Origin: Octopus sinensis
Taxonomy: Eukaryota
Length of the DNA: 64,000 bases
Direction of reading: 5' to 3'
NCBI RefSeq assembly: GCF_006345805.1
Contig: NW_021836161.1
Location: 4,973 to 68,972, forward strand
Part shown: positions 61,545 through 64,000 of the stretch, piece by piece
Position numbering within the stretch: position 1 is the stretch's first letter
Layout: the number at the start of each line of letters is the position of its first letter
Translations under genes and position numbers: made by a program
The notes under the pieces: model-generated
What the model was told of the DNA's origin: nothing
Databases searched by the model: none
Seen by the model: only the letters and a program-made list of their open reading frames with translations

Positions 61545-61937
61545 TATTTCTTTACTACCCACAAGGGGCTAAACACAGGGAGGACAAACAAGGGCAGACA
61601 AACGTATTAAGTCGATTATATCGACTCCAGTGCGTAACTGGTAGTTATTTAATCGACCCCGAATGGATATAATGCAAAGTCGACCTAGGCGGAATTTGAA
61701 CTCAGAACGTAGCGGCAGACGAAATACCTATTTCTTTACTGCGCACAAGGGGCTACACACAGATGGGACAAACAAGGGCAGACAAACGGATTAAGTCGAT
61801 TATATCCACCCAGTGCGTAACTGGTACTTATTTAATCGACCCCGAAAAGATGAAAGGCAAAGTCGACCTCGGCGGAATTTGAACTCAGAACGTAACGGCA
61901 AACGAAATACGGCTATGCATTTCGCCCGGCGTGCCTT
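61545..61937 (-). mobile_element. SINE family B dimer
   Basis: Junction 61728/61729; 18-bp TSD TACTCAyTCCAGTGTATC 61527-61544 and 61938-61955. Confidence 0.9.
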
Positions 61938-62479
61938 TACTCACTCCAGTGTATCATTGAGTAATATGCATATACTCAGTATTTGTTGGTGATTTTCACT
62001 CAAGTCACGTTGTTAAAGAGATGCTACTCATTACATGTTAAGCAGACAAGTAATAAATTATGTTCCAACCGTGACCATTCCGCTCCACTGTATTATTACA
62101 AGCTGTAATACTCAATGTATAGTTCGTAATATAAGTTAGGGCTTAGTTTGAGAAAAACTTGACTATTATTTCTAGCATGTTTAACGACCACGTGTGTCCG
62201 CCCCACCGCCGACATCTCTGTCTTCCTTCTGTTAGATAAGTATTCCAGGTATGATTATCTTACACAACATTTTCTGCGTCATGATATAGTTTTACTAATT
62301 TCCCTATATCGATATCGTGTGACTACATTATGCTGCTCGCGTGGTCTAATAATGTTTGGAGAGGGTTGCTGTAGAGAAGGATCGATCTTCGCATAATTCC
62401 AGATGGAAAAAGAGCTCCGAAGGAAGGATAACGGTGAATGAAATCATTGTTACCAAAGTTGAGCAGCTGAGGCACGGTA

Positions 62480-62710
62480 AGGCGGCGATCTGGCAGAAAC
62501 GTTAGCACGCCAGGCGTAATGCTTAGCGGTATTTCGTCTGCCGCTACGTTCTGAGTTCAAATTCCGCCGAGGTCGACTTTGCCTTTCATCCTTTCGGGGT
62601 CGATTAAATAAGTACCAGTTACGCACTGGGGTCGATATAATCGACTTAATCCGTCTGTCTGTCCTTGTTGTCCTATCTGTGTTTAGCCCCTTGTAGGTAG
62701 TAAAGAAATA
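62480..62710 (+). mobile_element. SINE family B monomer
   Basis: TSD GGTAAG 62476-62481 and 62711-62716. Confidence 0.92.
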
Positions 62711-64000
62711 GGTAAGCGCGAGAAGAGAAAGAGAATGGTCGTCCTGGAGATACGAACATACAGCTGCTAACTCAGAAGATGAGAAAGATGTAATAGTTTT
62801 GGATCTATCTATAATGTGAAATGATTTTGATCCAAAGGCTGCTAGATTAGTACAACAGTGGAACAAGTTTACACAGCAACAAAGACAGTTAATCTACGAT
62901 ATGTGGAATAAAAGTTTGTTGATTTTGTTGTTTTTATTCCCTGACATCTCTATTCCAAAACAGCAATTGTGATAAAAGGCATTATCACCGTCACCGCCGC
63001 AGTTCATTTCGCTTTTAGAAATAAATATTTATATGAACAGAACGCGATGTTTTTAGACCAAGAATGATAAATTTTTTTCGATAAGCGGTTTGCATGAGAC
63101 AAATCTCATTATCACGCGAACCGGACAATAAGAAAAATTCCAGGTAACTTTTCTCTAGCGTGCCATTCAGAAAGTCTCCCGGGATGCTGTTTGCCGTTGA
63201 GAGGTTTTGACCTTGAGTGTTACTTGAGTGAGACTTCGTTTCTTCTTCTAGCAAGTAGACAAGTGGAGAGATAGTGTAGCAGCACTCTCGTTAGCTAGTA
63301 TATTTGTAGAGAATAGCTATCTGTAGACATATAACTTCCTATTCTGACAACAAAAATAAATCCATTTATCTAAAAGTCTGTATTTCATTCCAGCTCTCTG
63401 CTCTGAACAGAAGCAAATGCTTTGATCATACATCAGAGCAACACACAAAGAAGCAACATGTAACCACTCGAGTCTTGACAACTAAACACTGCATGACAAA
63501 CTGTTGCCGTGTGATCCCAAGCTAGTGTAAAGCAAAGCGTATACGAGAATATTTGATCTATGGTCTATTCCTATGCGTCGCATTGCCAACTTAGAGGAGT
63601 GTAAGTCTGTACGATTTGTGTTCATCTCAGCTACACAACAGCAATATCACCATCAATCATTGCCTTATCTATCTGCACTCCAGTTTTCGGGTTACAAACT
63701 TCATACTTTTATATCTGCTCCCACTGATCTCGTATTCTTTCAAGAATACTAAATGCATTACCATTCCTTGCCTGCGAGAAAAGAAAAAAATATATATATA
63801 CGGTGGCGATAGTGTTGGGGAGAGAAAGTTCCTCTTGCGTATAGATTACTGAGACGTTATATCCATCAAAAATTGCATGATTAACTGCGTTACTTCAGTA
63901 GGCTTTTCATGTCAAAATGTAGTTTAAAAAACCAAGGAAGGAGCATATATATGTGAGTATGTGTGTATATCTGTGTGTGCGTGGGTCTCTTAGTGTAACT

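Noticed and set aside
63015-63254. 79-aa ORF as exon or gene
   Set aside because: No recognisable motif or convincing splice signals.

Overview
AT-rich, repeat-saturated animal genomic DNA with no recognisable host protein-coding gene, rRNA, true tRNA or CRISPR array. It is probably intergenic or deep intronic. The SINE families look like those of Octopus (recognition from memory, not a database result). Contents: (1) at least five tRNA-derived or LINE-partnered SINE families, labelled A-E here, several young with clean target-site duplications (TSDs); (2) fragments of RTE, BovB-like, CR1, other LINE, Gypsy, Tc1/mariner, Helitron and Penelope-like (PLE) elements; (3) very many (TA)n/(CA)n/(TAGA)n arrays. 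Nearly all listed ORFs are microsatellite or SINE artefacts. The main hidden signal is about 15 minimal type-I hammerhead-ribozyme motifs on both strands, roughly one per 4-5 kb, from several unrelated short repeat families. They have self-complementary stem III (dimer-type) and mostly sit next to (TA)n tracts. One family is physically attached to a young Penelope RT. Three cases are tandem pairs 246-431 nt apart (retrozyme-like), and several carry a recurrent CCGA instead of CUGA core. Other oddities: a SINE with a 119-bp flanking duplication, SINE dimers with an identical junction three times, many closely spaced inverted SINE pairs, and several long palindromes. All alignments and folds were done by eye, and boundaries of degraded elements are approximate.
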